Shown: positions 50,766-63,277, counted from the stretch's first letter. The stretch is 64,000 nucleotides of DNA from an uncultured Acidobacteriota bacterium (GCA_963804995.1 CAWDSK010000003.1:64001-128000), one strand, 5' to 3'. The notes: generated from the letters alone by a model not told the origin. Made by a program: numbers and translations.

Positions 50766-51477
50766 GCGCCAGCCTGCCATTCCCCACGCCACACCTCCGC
50801 ACGCGATCTGGCGCCTTCAGAGCAGCAGGTAGCCCAGTCTGGCTAGCGCAGAGTCTGTGCCTTTCAGACTCTGCGGTTCTTAATCTGATAAACATCCACT
50901 GTATTATTAGCACACGGCTATCACATCTGACGTGGCATCCAGCTTCCCTGGAGGTCATAGTTGGTGATGGGAAGCCGCGCCTATCGAACGAAGAGCCGCA
51001 GAGTCTCTGGACAACTAGACTCTGCAACGCAATCCCGTAAATTCTAGTCTTTTTAGCAAACATTTTGGGGGCGCATTGAAAGTCGCGACTTCGATCCAAG
51101 GAACCCCTCATCCGCTTCGTACCTCAGCACCTTCTTCCGCCACGGCGGATCTGCGACCCCTGGGAGAAGGTTGGAAGTCAAACCGTCCTCTCCGAGGGGA
51201 GAGGGTGGACCGCCGCCAGCGTTTTCATCAGCCGGGGCGGGAAGGGGGCCCCACGTTTTGCGCGGTGGGGGTGAGGGGTTACTTCACCACCCGTTGAGCG
51301 GACCTGCACCAAACTATGGAACTAGCAGCGCCTTTTCTCGTTTGGCTGCGGCTCCTCCCCACTGCGCTACCCGCTCGCACCGGCTGCCGTGAACACTTGG
51401 GTGCGAATTGTCGCAGCGCGACGGCTTGGGTCGCATGCATGGAAGTCAATGTAGGCGCCACCCGCAAAAGAAAGGGC

Positions 51478-51506
51478 TTGACAAGGTCAATCTACATATG
51501 TAGACT
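51478..51506 (+). promoter_or_regulatory. padR promoter with palindromic operator
   Basis: TTGACA-17-TAGACT; palindrome TCTACATATGTAGA (51491-51504) overlaps the -10. Confidence 0.75.
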
Positions 51507-51512
51507 TTCCCC

Positions 51513-51821
51513 ATGAGAACTCCCCGCATTTCTCCAGAGACTCGCCTCCTGCTGGAAAAGTTCGTTGAGCGCCCTACCGAATGGCGCTACGGTTACGAGC
51601 TTAGCCGCGAAACTGGGCTGAAGTCCGGAACGCTCTACCCTATTCTCATGCGCCTGGAAAAGTACACGTTGCTGGAGGCGCGTTGGGTGGCGACGGAAGA
51701 TGGTGTGCCGCCGCGGCACACCTACCGGTTGACGCCGAATGGATTGGAATTGGCCAGAACCCAATTGGCCGAAGCACGCCCGCGCTCGATGGTGCGCCAA
51801 CCCGCCTTCTGTAGTGGGTGA
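51513..51821 (+). CDS. PadR-family transcriptional regulator
   Basis: YGYELS..TGLKSGTLYPILMRLE...PPRHTYRLTPNG. Confidence 0.9.
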   Translation: MRTPRISPETRLLLEKFVERPTEWRYGYELSRETGLKSGTLYPILMRLEKYTLLEARWVATEDGVPPRHTYRLTPNGLELARTQLAEARPRSMVRQPAFCSG

Positions 51822-53510
51822 GGATGATGCTGGAAACGCATCTCCGTCAAACTGCGACATTACTCCTGGAATTCGCGATTCGCATTGCACCGCCCGACAC
51901 GCGCGACTGGGGCCGGGCGATGGTGGGCGAACTGCACCACGTGGAAAGCGCTTGGGCGGCCGTGAGGTGGGCGCTCGGCGGCACAAGCGTCCTGGTGAAG
52001 CATGCCCTCGCATCCCTTCTCATCCCGGGCCGCCGCGGCCAAGGCATTGCCCCTGACGGAGGGCTCTTTGCCAAGCGTGTGCCCCTGCGCAAAGTGGCAT
52101 TGGTTACTGGCGGGGCGTGCGTGCTGGCGGCACTGCTGTTTTTCGCTGCCCCGCCCTTCCGGCAGGCATTCCAGGTTGCGCTGAGGCCCTGGTATCTTAT
52201 ATTTCAGACTAGCCTCCAGGAATACTCAGCCGGGCTTTGAGGACCTTGCCAAACAGGCGAAGATGCGCCATGATCCCGAAGGGCTGGCCTTCTGCGCCGT
52301 GCGGCTCCAAAATCCCCACGAAAGCGCGCGCTTGGCGGAGGAAGCCGTCCGCCTTGACCCGAACCTCCTTTGGGTCTACGCCGTCGTCGCCCTGCGCAAC
52401 CCAGAACTTTCACAAACTGCCCCGTGGGTCGAGAAGCTCGAGCGATGGGACCCGCAGAACGCCCTTCTTTACTTGATTACGGCGGAGTCCATCGAGCAGA
52501 CGCACTATCGCCGGGGGGCGTGGACGCCACCCACCAAAGAACAGGAAAATGCGTGGCAGAGCGCTATGGCGGCAGCGTTCCAGTCACCGAAATTCGATGA
52601 TTACCTTGACCGAGTCGCGCAACTCAACCGCCGGGTGGTGCCCCGATACGGTTTTTACGACCCGTATGAGGTGGAGTCCCGAGACCGGATCGACCTGCCG
52701 GTTCATGCTTTCGAGAATTCCGACCGGTTTGCCAAATTGCTTCTTCACTCCGGGGCAGAGCTCGAAGCAAGAGGTGACCGGAAGGGCGGGCGTGACAAGT
52801 ACTGGACCGTGGCGCGTTTTGGCCAGTTGATCGATTCCCAGGGACGCACCGGGTTCGAACACTTGGTGGGCACCACCCTCCAAGCCATGGCCTACAAGCA
52901 ACTCCAGGCGGCTTCTGAGAAGGAAGGCCAGCAGTCAGAAGCCGCGCTCTTCGGTTACCTGGCGGCGAAGTTCGATCCCGTTGAGGGGAAACACCCAGGG
53001 TTCCCCGGGGATTCGGCCTTTGGGCGGGAAACTTCCCGGCGGAATGCCGCGGTGGTGGAAATTTCAGGGCTCATGATCCTTATCTTCTCCGGGCTCGTAG
53101 TGATTGCGACGTTGATCTTGATCGCCGGCAGTCGCCGGGGAGTGCAGCCTGCAGCCGAGCGCGCCAAGCCCGTGGCGACGATGGTTGTCTTGACCAGCGC
53201 GGTGGGTTTGTTGTTCTCCTCCATCACGCTCTACCTGACCTATCGCCCTTATTGGTACATTTTCCAAAGCGCGATCGGGAACGGTGAAAGAGTCCCGACC
53301 AGCGATCTTCGTTACTTTCTCCATGACTTTCCCATGCTCCCCGGCGTTTCACCACGCGGGTATATCGAGTTGCTGAATGCTCTGCTTTACTCCGGTTCGC
53401 CCAGCTTTCTGTTTTATGTCTGGACGGGCGTAACCCTGCTGGGTGTAAGCGGTCTGGCCCTCATTCTTCTGCGCCACCTCCTGGGCAGACCACATGCTCA
53501 CGCGCCGTAA
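51818..53510 (+). CDS. PadR-coupled membrane protein (1-nt frameshift near 52211)
   Basis: GTGA overlap with padR; RDWGRAMVGEL motif; ORFs 51818..52240 and 52263..53510 join via ASRNTQPGFEDLAKQAKMRHD. Confidence 0.65.
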
Positions 53511-53707
53511 TGGCGCTTCGGCGCGCGCCGACTTATTACGCACTACTCAACAAAATAGCTTTTGGATTGTGCCAAGGCCTTTCGCCTGGCGGTAGCCAGG
53601 ATGGGGCTGTGCCAACCGGGGGTACGTGTGTGCAAAAGGACCGGCGCGGCCGAAGGGGGTTCGGCTAGGGCGCGTGCGGGTAAGAAAATTCCCACTGGAG
53701 GTGAAAT

Positions 53708-54244
53708 ATGAAGAAACTCATGGCGACGGCAGCGATGCTCCTCTTGGTGCCGGTATCTATGCCGGCGCAGAACACCGATCAAAAGTCTCAGGGCCTGGGG
53801 TACGTATTTATTGGCGGTGGGACCCGTCAGATGGGCCCTACCTTCGGTTTTGGCGGGGAATACCTCGACAAGGGTGGTTTCGGTGTGGGTGCGGAACTTG
53901 CAACCGCAGGCTGGGACACATCTGCCAACCACAATTCCAACTGGATTGGGTTGGGCTCACTGGACCTGTCCTACCACTTATTCCCCAAAAAGACCCGGGA
54001 CTATGCACCGTTTGTGGCAGGCGGGTACAGCATTTTCTTTGGACAAGACACAGACACGCCGGGGGGGAACGTTACAAATGGGTTTAACCTAGGCGGCGGC
54101 ATCGACCTCTTCGCGTCGAAGCATATCGGCGTGCGCTTCGACGGTCGGTACTATGGCCATGGCGGCCGGATCCTCTGGGCGTCATACCCAAATCTTACTC
54201 AGTTCAGTTTCGTTGCCATCCGGATTGGATTGACGTTCAGGTAA
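53708..54244 (+). CDS. Small outer-membrane beta-barrel protein
   Basis: GGAGG RBS, signal peptide, alternating beta pattern, PFVAGG, C-terminal IGLTFR. Confidence 0.75.
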   Translation: MKKLMATAAMLLLVPVSMPAQNTDQKSQGLGYVFIGGGTRQMGPTFGFGGEYLDKGGFGVGAELATAGWDTSANHNSNWIGLGSLDLSYHLFPKKTRDYAPFVAGGYSIFFGQDTDTPGGNVTNGFNLGGGIDLFASKHIGVRFDGRYYGHGGRILWASYPNLTQFSFVAIRIGLTFR

Positions 54245-54299
54245 GAACCGTGTCGGGTGCCCCCCTGGCGCGGGATGACCCATTCGGGATTGGGATAGA

Positions 54300-55154
54300 A
54301 TGCCTCCGTACCCCGGCTGGACTGGCCTAGAAGAATGGATTTCGATCTGCCGACTTACGAAAGGGAGAACAACTACGGAAATATGCACCCCGGATGGAGA
54401 ATTACCTGGCGATAGAAAGACAGGCCGCAGGGTGCTGGCCGCCGCGCTTTTGCTGACCTGTGCAAGACTCATGATGGCGCAGGACGTTGAGCAGACTCGT
54501 TCGTCGTTAGAACAAGCGCCGGCTTCGCTTGGAAGCGGTTCTGGCGTCATTGCCCTTCTGCCTCCGGCCATAAGCCAAAAACGCCTTACGGCAAAAGACA
54601 AGTTTCAGATCTACCTCCATCAAAGTTATGGTCCGCAGAATTTCATTTTTCCTGCATTCGGCGCAGGCTACTCCCTGCTGAATCCGCCCAGCCGTTATCC
54701 CCGCGAATGGGAGGACGGTGGGGGAGCTTTCGGGCGATGGTATGGAGAACAGCTAGCGACAAGCACATCGAGTCGAACGGGGCAACTCCTGGCGGAAATT
54801 GCCTTGCATGAAGATCCTCGCTACGTTCCATCAGGCAGCAAGAACGCCCTGCTTCGAATGTTTCATGCGGTTGCCTTTACCTTCGTTGATAAAACCGATT
54901 CAGGACACAACACCTTCGCGTTTTCTAACTTCGCTGCGGCTGCGGCAGGGGGATTCGTCGGAATGGGCGTATTGCCGGATGGATTTAATGATGTCACGCA
55001 TGCCGAGCAGCGCGCGTTGCGAGGCCTGGAAAGGGTTGCGGTTCGTAACATCGTAACGGAATTTCGACCCGAGTGGGCACCCCTCTTGAGGAAGATACAT
55101 ATCCCCAGCATTCTTCCGGAATGGTGGACCCCCAAGCATCCACAGCACCCTTAG
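54300..55154 (+). CDS. Hypothetical exported/membrane protein
   Basis: LTAKDKF..Y...S.GP, EW..G..AFG, HEDPRY pattern; start uncertain. Confidence 0.6.
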   Translation: MPPYPGWTGLEEWISICRLTKGRTTTEICTPDGELPGDRKTGRRVLAAALLLTCARLMMAQDVEQTRSSLEQAPASLGSGSGVIALLPPAISQKRLTAKDKFQIYLHQSYGPQNFIFPAFGAGYSLLNPPSRYPREWEDGGGAFGRWYGEQLATSTSSRTGQLLAEIALHEDPRYVPSGSKNALLRMFHAVAFTFVDKTDSGHNTFAFSNFAAAAAGGFVGMGVLPDGFNDVTHAEQRALRGLERVAVRNIVTEFRPEWAPLLRKIHIPSILPEWWTPKHPQHP

Positions 55155-55230
55155 CGGGTAGCGCGGAGGTATTTGGCTCCGAGCCGGATTCCTCCGCGGC
55201 CGTTTCTCATTGCCTGGCAATGAACAGGTC
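55153..55230. repeat. Two-hairpin repeat C, copy 1
   Basis: CGCGGAGG...CCTCCGCG and TCATTGCC-TGGCAATGA; copies at 59527-59603 and 60163-60195 (partial). Confidence 0.75.
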
Positions 55231-55501
55231 AAGATTCCGATTTTACGAGCCGCAGAGGAAAGCAAACTGCGCTTGCCTCTGCGCTACAGACTCTACTCCT
55301 ATCCGATATCCCAGAGGCAACCGCATGTAATCAATCCTGATGGGGCACGCCGCCACCGTCGCCTTGCCCAGAGCAAAATTGCCATAACCTGACCACTGCC
55401 AGAAGAACCCACGGTCAGAAAGGCACTGAGCGTGGCTACCCCGCTGACCGTGGCCGCTCATGAAATCATCGGCGCGCCATAGGATCTTGGCGAGGCACTG
55501 G

Positions 55502-57702
55502 CTAAACTTCCTGAGAAGGCCCTGATCCCACGCTTGGGTCAGCATCCAAGACAGCGCGCAGCTTGCGCACTAAGGTATCTGGAGTAAAGGGCTTCTGAAG
55601 AAAGTTTGCGCCTGACTGAAGGCCCCCATGGTGAAGGATGGCGTTATCCGTATAGCCTGACATATATAAGATTTTCATTTCGGGGCGCTGAGCTGACACT
55701 TGCTCGGCCAATTGCCTTCCGCTCATCTCAGGCATGATCAAATCTGTCATCAGCAAGTGGATGGGATCTTTATGCTCATCACAAGTTACGAGAGCCGCCG
55801 CGCCATGGCTCGCTTCGAGCACATGGTAGCCGTTCGCTTCCAGAACCCTGCGAACAAGCACACGGACCGCCTCCTCGTCCTCAACCACCAGCACGGTTTC
55901 CGAACCCTGGCGTGAAGCGGTTTGGGCCATCGCTGGTTCAGCCTGCTCAAGGGCTTCTTTTACTCGGGGCAGATAAATCTTAAAGGACGTGCCGGAACCC
56001 AACTCGCTGTAAACCCAAATGTTACCGCCGCTTTGTTTGACGATGCCGAAGACAGTGGAAAGTCCCAATCCCGTTCCCTTACCCAGCCCTTTCGTCGTAA
56101 AGAAGGGTTCAAAGATGCGGGCTTTAGTTTGGGTGTCCATTCCCGTACCTGTATCACTGACCCCGAGCATGACGTGGGGGCCGGGTTTCGAATCCGCATG
56201 GGCCTGCGCGTAGTGCTCATCCAGGTCGACGTTGGCGGTCTCGATGGTGAGTTTCCCGCCCTGGGGCATAGCATCGCGGGCATTAACAGCCAAGTTGATG
56301 ATGACCTGCTCGATTTGGCCGGGATCGGCCTTAACGTTCCACAACCCCTCACTGGCCACCATCACCAAGTTGATATCTTCCCCGATAAGACGCCGCAGCA
56401 TCTTATCCATGTTCTTAACCACCGCATTCAAATCCAGCACGGCGGGCGCCAGGACTTGGCGGCGGCTGAAGGCCAGGAGTTGGCGCGTAAGACTTGCGGC
56501 CCGCTGTCCAGCCGAGAGGATTTCCATAACGTGGCCGCGCCGCGTGTCATCAGTGGGGAGTTGGCCTAGCAGGATATCGCCGTATCCATTGACGATCATC
56601 AAAAGATTATTAAAATCGTGAGCCACTCCTCCCGCCAGTTGCCCCACGGCTTCCATCTTCTCAGCCTGGCGGAGACGCTCCTTCGAGTTGGTTGCGCTCG
56701 GTTACATCGCGAGAGACGACGACAACCTTCGCGGTTTTCCCTTTTTCATCCGGAATGACACTCCCTTGGGACTCGATATAGCGGATACTCCCGTCTCTAA
56801 GCAAGAATCGATACTCGGCTCTCTGCCCGCGACCTGTCCTGACGGTTTCTTGGAATATGTGCCTGATTCTTTCCCTATCATCGGGATGAATTTCATCGAA
56901 CGAGATCGACCCGCGCACGCACCTGGATCGCCTAGGATATCTCTGTAGGAAGGGCTGTTATACAGTCGCTTGCCATCTAAGTTGAGGACAGCAATGAGAT
57001 CAGAAATGTTCTCCGCGATGAGGCGAAACTGCTCCTCACTTTGGCGAAGCTGCTCTGCCGCCATCTTGTGCCCAGCGATTTCTGTCCGAAGGGCAGCCGT
57101 TCTCTCTTCCACCTCTCTTTCTAGTCCTGCAGCCAGCCGCGTCAGCTCTATCTGCTTCTCGCCCAGCTCTGCGTTAATTCGGGTCGCATCCTCGTAAGTC
57201 GAAATCAGCAAATCAAGAATCTGCTGCGGCTCAGAAGTAATGTGATGAATGTTGTCACCCAGCTTGATCTGCAATGACACATCCCTCTTCGCACGCTCAC
57301 GCAACCTCCGATTTGACAGGGCATAGTCAATACGTGAGAGAAGGGCTGGTTCGTCGTACGGCTTCCTAATGAACATGTCCGCGCCGCACTCTAAACCCTT
57401 GACCACGTCTTCCGTGCTGGAAAGCGAGGTCATCAGGATAACCGGTACGTCCTTCAGCTCCTTCTCCGTTTTGAGGTGCTTGCAAAGGGCGTAGCCATCC
57501 ATTTCCGGCATCAAAATGTCGCTGACGATGAGCGAAGGCTTGCGAATGCGGGCCGCCTCGAGAGCCTCCTTGCCGTTAGCTGCCACCGTCACGGCGTGTC
57601 CGCGCTGTTCGAGCATGTGTTTCAGTTGCTCGGCTCGGGTGGGGCTATCCTGGGCAATGAGGATTTCTACGGGACCGTTGGTCGACGTTGGGGGGGGCTC
57701 AT
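55502..57702 (-). CDS. Hybrid sensor histidine kinase (REC-PAS-HisKA-HATPase-REC), three apparent 1-nt indels
   Basis: IVSDILMPEMDG; PAS; AGGVAHDFNNLL, NLAVNARDA, DTGTG, FEPFFTTK, GTGLGL; C-terminal REC; breaks near 57690, 56918 and 56681. Confidence 0.8.
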
Positions 57703-58108
57703 GAGTCAACCTTACCTCTTGGGAATAAACGTACTTGATATCATACACCAAATACCCTTTCGAGGGGAGGGCAGGGGGTTGTCTTCAGCGGTTTCGGAAG
57801 ATTGGGTTGGCGAAGTTAATTTGAACAAGCCACCCCGCTTGCAGGAAACTGGGTTACCCCGTCAGGTGTGAAAGATCATACTGAGAGCCGCAGAGTGTGA
57901 ACTGCATACACTCTGCCCTACCCTGCTGGTATGATGGGCATACGATTTGCTGAGGGATCCAGTGCTTCGATCCCGGAAATCGGAGTGAAGGGCAGGACTC
58001 ATCCGTGCCGCATCGGGATTGTGTTGCAGCGGTCTGGCAGCCGAATTCGCAGTCAGTCAATCTAACCTGAGCGTATTAATATTACTGTTGCCCTGAAGGG
58101 AGCCTCTC

Positions 58109-59440
58109 ATGAATAGAAGAGAATGTTGTCAAATGGCTGTGGCGGGCGCCATTGGTACGGTTTTGCCGGCAAAGCGCCTTGCCGCCGAGGAGCAAGTGGC
58201 GCGCGCGGTGCGCGGGTTGCCATCACCCCTCATCAAAGACATCAAGGTGATTACTACGGAGCCCTCCGGCGTGCGCCTGGTGGTGGTGAAGGTCCTCACC
58301 GATCAAGATGGCCTTTACGGTTACGGGTGCGCCACCTTTACCCAGCGCGCCGATTTGGTGGTGCCGGCGGTGGAAAAATACCTCAAGCCGTTCCTGCTCG
58401 GAAAGCCGGCAGACCGCATCGAGGATACGTGGCAGGCCTGCTACAACAGTTCGTATTGGCGCAACGGCCCCGTGCTCAACAATGCCATCAGCGGGGTTGA
58501 CCAGGCGCTGTGGGACATCAAGGGCCGGCAGGCCAACATGCCGGTGTACGAGTTGCTGGGCGGCAAGGCGCGCGAAGCAGCCACCATCTACGACACGTTG
58601 GAAGACATGGAAATCCCGAGGATCATCGATCGCGCCCGCCAATCCATGGAAAAGGGGTTTCGATGTATCAAACTGCAGACGGGAGTGCCGGGTATGGCCG
58701 GGTACGGCCCGGAGGCCGGCCCTGGAAGGAAAGGTTTGCACGCTGGCGCCGTGTTCGAGCCGGAACCTTACATGCGCCGGACGCGGCAAATGTTGGAAGA
58801 GTCCCGGAAACAGTTGGGGGAAGAAATCGAGCTGATTCATGACGTGCATGAACGCGTGAGCCCGCACCAAGCCGTGCAATTTGCCAAAGAACTCGAGCCG
58901 ATCGGGCTGTTCTATCTGGAAGACTTACTCTCCCCCGAGGACATCGCCTATTTCCGGCAGATCCGGCAACAGTGCGCAACTTCGCTCGCCATGGGCGAAC
59001 TCTTCAATAGCCCGCACGAGTGGCAGCCGCTGATTGCCGAGCGCCTCATCGATTATATCCGCGTCCACCTGTCGCAAGCCGGAGGTCTGACGCCGTCTCG
59101 AAAGATCGCCATCCTGGCGGAACAGTTCGGGGTCAAAACCGCCTGGCACGGCCCCGAGGATGTCTCGCCCGTGGGTCACATGGCGCAATTGCATCTGGAA
59201 CTTGCCAGCACCAACTTCGGCATCCATGAGGGTGGCGTTATCAGTGGTGTGACCGGCGAGATTTTCCCGGGCTACGCAACTTATAAAGATGGCTACTTGT
59301 GGGCCAACGAGTCGCCGGGCTGGGGGATGGAAGTGAATGAGCAACTCGCCGCGAAGTATCCCTTCCGTGACGGACCCGACCACCTCAATGGCGGATGGGG
59401 AGAAATCCGGCGGTATGATGGCACCATCATCAAGCAATGA
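58109..59440 (+). CDS. Enolase-superfamily dehydratase (RspA/ManD-like) with Tat-like leader
   Basis: YWRNGPVLNNAISGVDQALWDIKG, HDVHER, FYLED, MGELF, HGPED, PGWG. Confidence 0.88.
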   Translation: MNRRECCQMAVAGAIGTVLPAKRLAAEEQVARAVRGLPSPLIKDIKVITTEPSGVRLVVVKVLTDQDGLYGYGCATFTQRADLVVPAVEKYLKPFLLGKPADRIEDTWQACYNSSYWRNGPVLNNAISGVDQALWDIKGRQANMPVYELLGGKAREAATIYDTLEDMEIPRIIDRARQSMEKGFRCIKLQTGVPGMAGYGPEAGPGRKGLHAGAVFEPEPYMRRTRQMLEESRKQLGEEIELIHDVHERVSPHQAVQFAKELEPIGLFYLEDLLSPEDIAYFRQIRQQCATSLAMGELFNSPHEWQPLIAERLIDYIRVHLSQAGGLTPSRKIAILAEQFGVKTAWHGPEDVSPVGHMAQLHLELASTNFGIHEGGVISGVTGEIFPGYATYKDGYLWANESPGWGMEVNEQLAAKYPFRDGPDHLNGGWGEIRRYDGTIIKQ

Positions 59441-59526
59441 AGGTTCGTCTTCCCGAAAGGACTCGTGTGGGACATGGCGGCTCATTCCAATCAGCCCATA
59501 GGGAGGATCGACGCATCCTGCAACAA

Positions 59527-59603
59527 GCCGGTAGCGCGGAGGTGTTTGGCGCCGAGCTGAATTCCTCCGCGGCCCCTTCTCATTGCCTGGTAATGAACAG
59601 GTC
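59527..59603. repeat. Two-hairpin repeat C, copy 2
   Basis: Aligns with 55153-55230. Confidence 0.75.
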
Positions 59604-59637
59604 GACATTTAGTGACGGGTTGCCTTGAGAATCTCAT

Positions 59638-60093
59638 TCAAACCGACGGACCCGGGATTTGCCGCCCCGCGTCGCTGAAGAGCTTCTCCGCAATTGGCAG
59701 GGGAATATAAAAATAGCTCTTATTCGACGGAACGTGGAAGCGTATGCACTCTTTCAACAAAAAGCGCTTTCGGCGATAAAGCAGGGCGCTCCAGGGAAGG
59801 AGGATGGGTATCTTCAACAGGGCAGGGTTCCCATCTTTCCAGGCGGTGAAAAATCCCCTTCGCGGCGGTTTCGGCGGAGAGGTCAAATACACTGCGGCCG
59901 CGTTGGCCCCAACCGAACACAGGACGTGGGCCGCTTCGCCAATCGTCATTCCATAGACGCGACACTCATAAAGGGGTCCGTTGAACACTGACGGCCCGGC
60001 GAAATCACGCGTGAGTTTGCGAATGCCATCCAGGTAGTACCATGCCAGGTATGTTCCAACCATCACGGCAATGAAACAGATCAAGGGAAGCAC
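59638..60093 (-). CDS. Hypothetical protein with N-terminal TM
   Basis: GAGG before GTG at 60093; hydrophobic N-terminus. Confidence 0.5.
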   Translation of the reverse strand: MLPLICFIAVMVGTYLAWYYLDGIRKLTRDFAGPSVFNGPLYECRVYGMTIGEAAHVLCSVGANAAAVYLTSPPKPPRRGFFTAWKDGNPALLKIPILLPWSALLYRRKRFLLKECIRFHVPSNKSYFYIPLPIAEKLFSDAGRQIPGPSV

Positions 60094-60246
60094 GACGTTA
60101 CCTCGGTTCTTACGCCCTTCAAGCGTACGTCTTTGATACGCCGTACACGATAGCACCGGCTCAGCGGGTAGCGCGGGGGTATTTGGCGCCGAGCTAACGC
60201 ATGGCGTCATGCATTTGACGGGGGGATGATGACGGCAAAGAATAAC

Positions 60247-62965
60247 CTATCGAAAATTACTGATCAGGATCACGTCGTGGGACGTGGTTCCGCGGGCGAG
60301 GGCGAGCTGTTTACCGTCGCGCGACCAGTCAAAGGAGAAGATCTGCTCTGATTTGAAATTGGTGATCTGCTTGAGCGGACCTCCCGCCAACGGCTGACGC
60401 CAGATGTTAGAAACGCCACCGCGGGTCAGGGAATAGTCCAATGCTTTCCCCTCTGGCGCCCATCGAAACCATGTCGCAGTAGGGGGAAGATCGAACTTGT
60501 AGAGAGGCTCGCCACCATCGAAAGGAACAACGGTAAGGACAGAGGGGCTTGAAAGCGTGGTTCCCCAGGCGGTATAAGCGAGCAGCTTGCCGTCCGGGGA
60601 GGTTAAGGCCAGGGGGCTGCTCCGATTCTGTATTTGCACGTGCGTTGGCGTGCCGCCCTGAATAGGCACTCGCCACACGCTCATGTCATTGAGCCGGGCG
60701 TACACGACCCATTTGCCATCTGGAGAACATGTGGGGAAGCTAGCAAAACCTTCGTTCGTCAACTGCGTCGGATTGGAGCCGTCCGCGTCCATCCTCCACA
60801 CGTTCATCCTCTCCTCGCGGTAGGACTGAAAGACAACGAAGCGCCCGTCCCCGCAAATTTCGGGCTGGTAATTGTTGCGTTCGTTCGGGGTCAGCAACGT
60901 CTGGCTACTGCCATCCGCTGGCGCGGCGAATAGTTCTCCGTTCCGGTTTTGATAAACGATCCCACTGCCAGGCATCCAGGAGAGGTGGGATATCGCCGGG
61001 CCCCCCGAGGTAATCTGGCGGGCACGTGAAGCGTCGCCGGCGGGCGCCACCCAAAGGTCAGAAGCCGTCGTGGTTTCGACGGCAACCACGGTTTTGCGAT
61101 CCCGGGTCAAATCAATAGAGTAACGTTCATAGTCCATCAGATCGTTGGTGAAACGGCGGGCCTCTCCGCCGGGAAAGGAGATGTACCAGAGCTGTCCGCG
61201 GAATCCTTGGGAGGGATCGGATATGACAGTCAGAAGGCTGTTTCCGTCCGCCAACCAGCGAACCTGGCCCACCGGGTTCAGGCTTGAGTAGATTTCGCGC
61301 CGCGTTCCGTCCGAGACCGCTACGGCCGAGACCACGGCCCGGACGCGGCTGGTGACTTCCGTAGTCGCGAGAGCAATGGTTTTTCCATCCGGTGACCAGG
61401 CGGGCCCGAAAAAGTATCCCGTCACGACAATTACCGGGAGTCTGGCCAACAGCCGCTCTCCGCCGCCGCCCACCTGAGCCACCAGGAGGTGGGCCTCATT
61501 CTTATCAGGAATTCCCCTGACAAAAGCGAATTGCTTGCCGTCAGGGGAGAAGCTGATAGGGGCATCAATATCGCGGACCAGTTGGCGTGGTGTACCCCCC
61601 AGCACGGGCATCTGAAAGAGGTAGTTGTAAAGAAGGGTGCTCTTATCGGAGCGGACGAAATAGATGTAGTTCCCGTCCGGGGAGAAGGTCAGCCCCGCGA
61701 AGCTGACTACGTCCGGTGGCAGGATCTGGAACGTCGCTGCCGGTGGCCACCTGGCGCACGTTCAGGCTCTGCTTTTCTCCTTCCCGGAGGACGTAGACCA
61801 CGTATTGCCCGTCGGGGGAAATCGCCACATCTATCGCCTTGCCGCTCTGCGTGAGCCGGACAATCTTCATGGTCTGGAGATTCAATTCACTCTTCCGCAC
61901 GTTCAGCCGGTAAAGGCTATAACCCAGCCCCCCCAGCAACAGTAGGAAGAAGCCGATCAACAGGCCCGCCGCCAATCTGTGGCGTTTGGCTTCGCGGAGA
62001 AGGACAGAGGCGCTCGAGGACGAGGTGGCAGATGGCTGCGCCTCAACCTCTGCGGATGTTAAGCCTGCGGCACCCACCGCCGATTGCCGGCCTGAACTGC
62101 TGTCGCGCTTGAGGCGCTTGAGGTCGGCGCCGAGGTCCGTCGCGTGCTGGTACCGAATCTCGCGATCCTTCTCCAACGCCTTGTTGAGGATATGTTCCAA
62201 TTCCGCCGGGCAATCGGGATTCACTCGTACCGGCGAGGTGGGGGCTTTGTGTAGAATCGCGTCAAAGATAAGCGCCGACGTGGTGCCGGGGAAAGCCTGG
62301 CGGCCCGTGGCCATCTCATAGAGCACCACACCGAAACTGAAGAGGTCGGTGCGGGCGTCGAGTTCTTCGCCGCGCGCCTGCTCGGGCGACATGTAAGCCA
62401 CCGTGCCCATCGCCACACCGGGACTGGTCAGATGCTCCTCCGCGGCGGTGGCCAAAGCCGAAACTCCCACGGCTTCTGGTACACGCCGTGCCGCCGGCGC
62501 CAGCTTGGCCAGCCCGAAGTCCAGAATCTTCACCTGGCCGCGCGTGGTCACGAAGATGTTCGCCGGTTTGATGTCGCGGTGCACGATCCCCTTGGCGTGG
62601 GCCGCCTCCAGCGCCTCCGCAACTTGCAGGGCAAGGTCCAGTATTTCCTCGGTCTTCAGTGGCGTGCTTCCGATGCGATCCTTGAGCGTCTGCCCTTCCA
62701 GAAGCTGCATCACGATGAAGGGCTGGCCTTCGTGTTCACCAATGTCGTGAATGGTGCAGATGTTGGGATGATCGAGTGCCGAGGCCGCCTGAGCCTCGCG
62801 CTGGAATCGCTCCAGCGACTGTCGATCGCTCGCGAATCCTTCGGAGAGGAATTTCAATGCCACGTGACGGTGGAGGTTGGTGTCTTCGGCTCTGTAGACA
62901 ACGCCCATGCCTCCACCACCAAGCTTCTCTAGAATGCGATAGTGGGAAACAGTCCGGCCGATCAT
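60247..62965 (-). CDS. Ser/Thr protein kinase with TM and PD40/TolB-like propeller (1-nt frameshift near 61729)
   Basis: [34 protein letters not shown]; repeated SPDG motifs; removing one base restores [23 protein letters not shown]. Confidence 0.88.
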
Positions 62966-63277
62966 GGCGAGGTGGTCTCCTGAGGATTGCTGCCGTAACT
63001 GCTGGTGCTGACATCATAGGCCGTGATCTAGGGCAAGTCAACGTTCTCTGGACGCATAGTCTCTGGACGCATAGTCGCACACACGGCAAATACACGCATA
63101 GTGTCGCGGAAGGATCTTTTTGCTCTTCTCACTTCAAGTTAATGCCGGTCAGGAGGCGCTAGTTGTGTTGAGTACCGCGGAGTGGTGCCTGGTGCGCACG
63201 ACTCGGCGCTACTTGCTGGTACGCGACGGAGTACTAAACCTCATTGCCGCTCACGACTGAATCCTATAGAATCAAGG

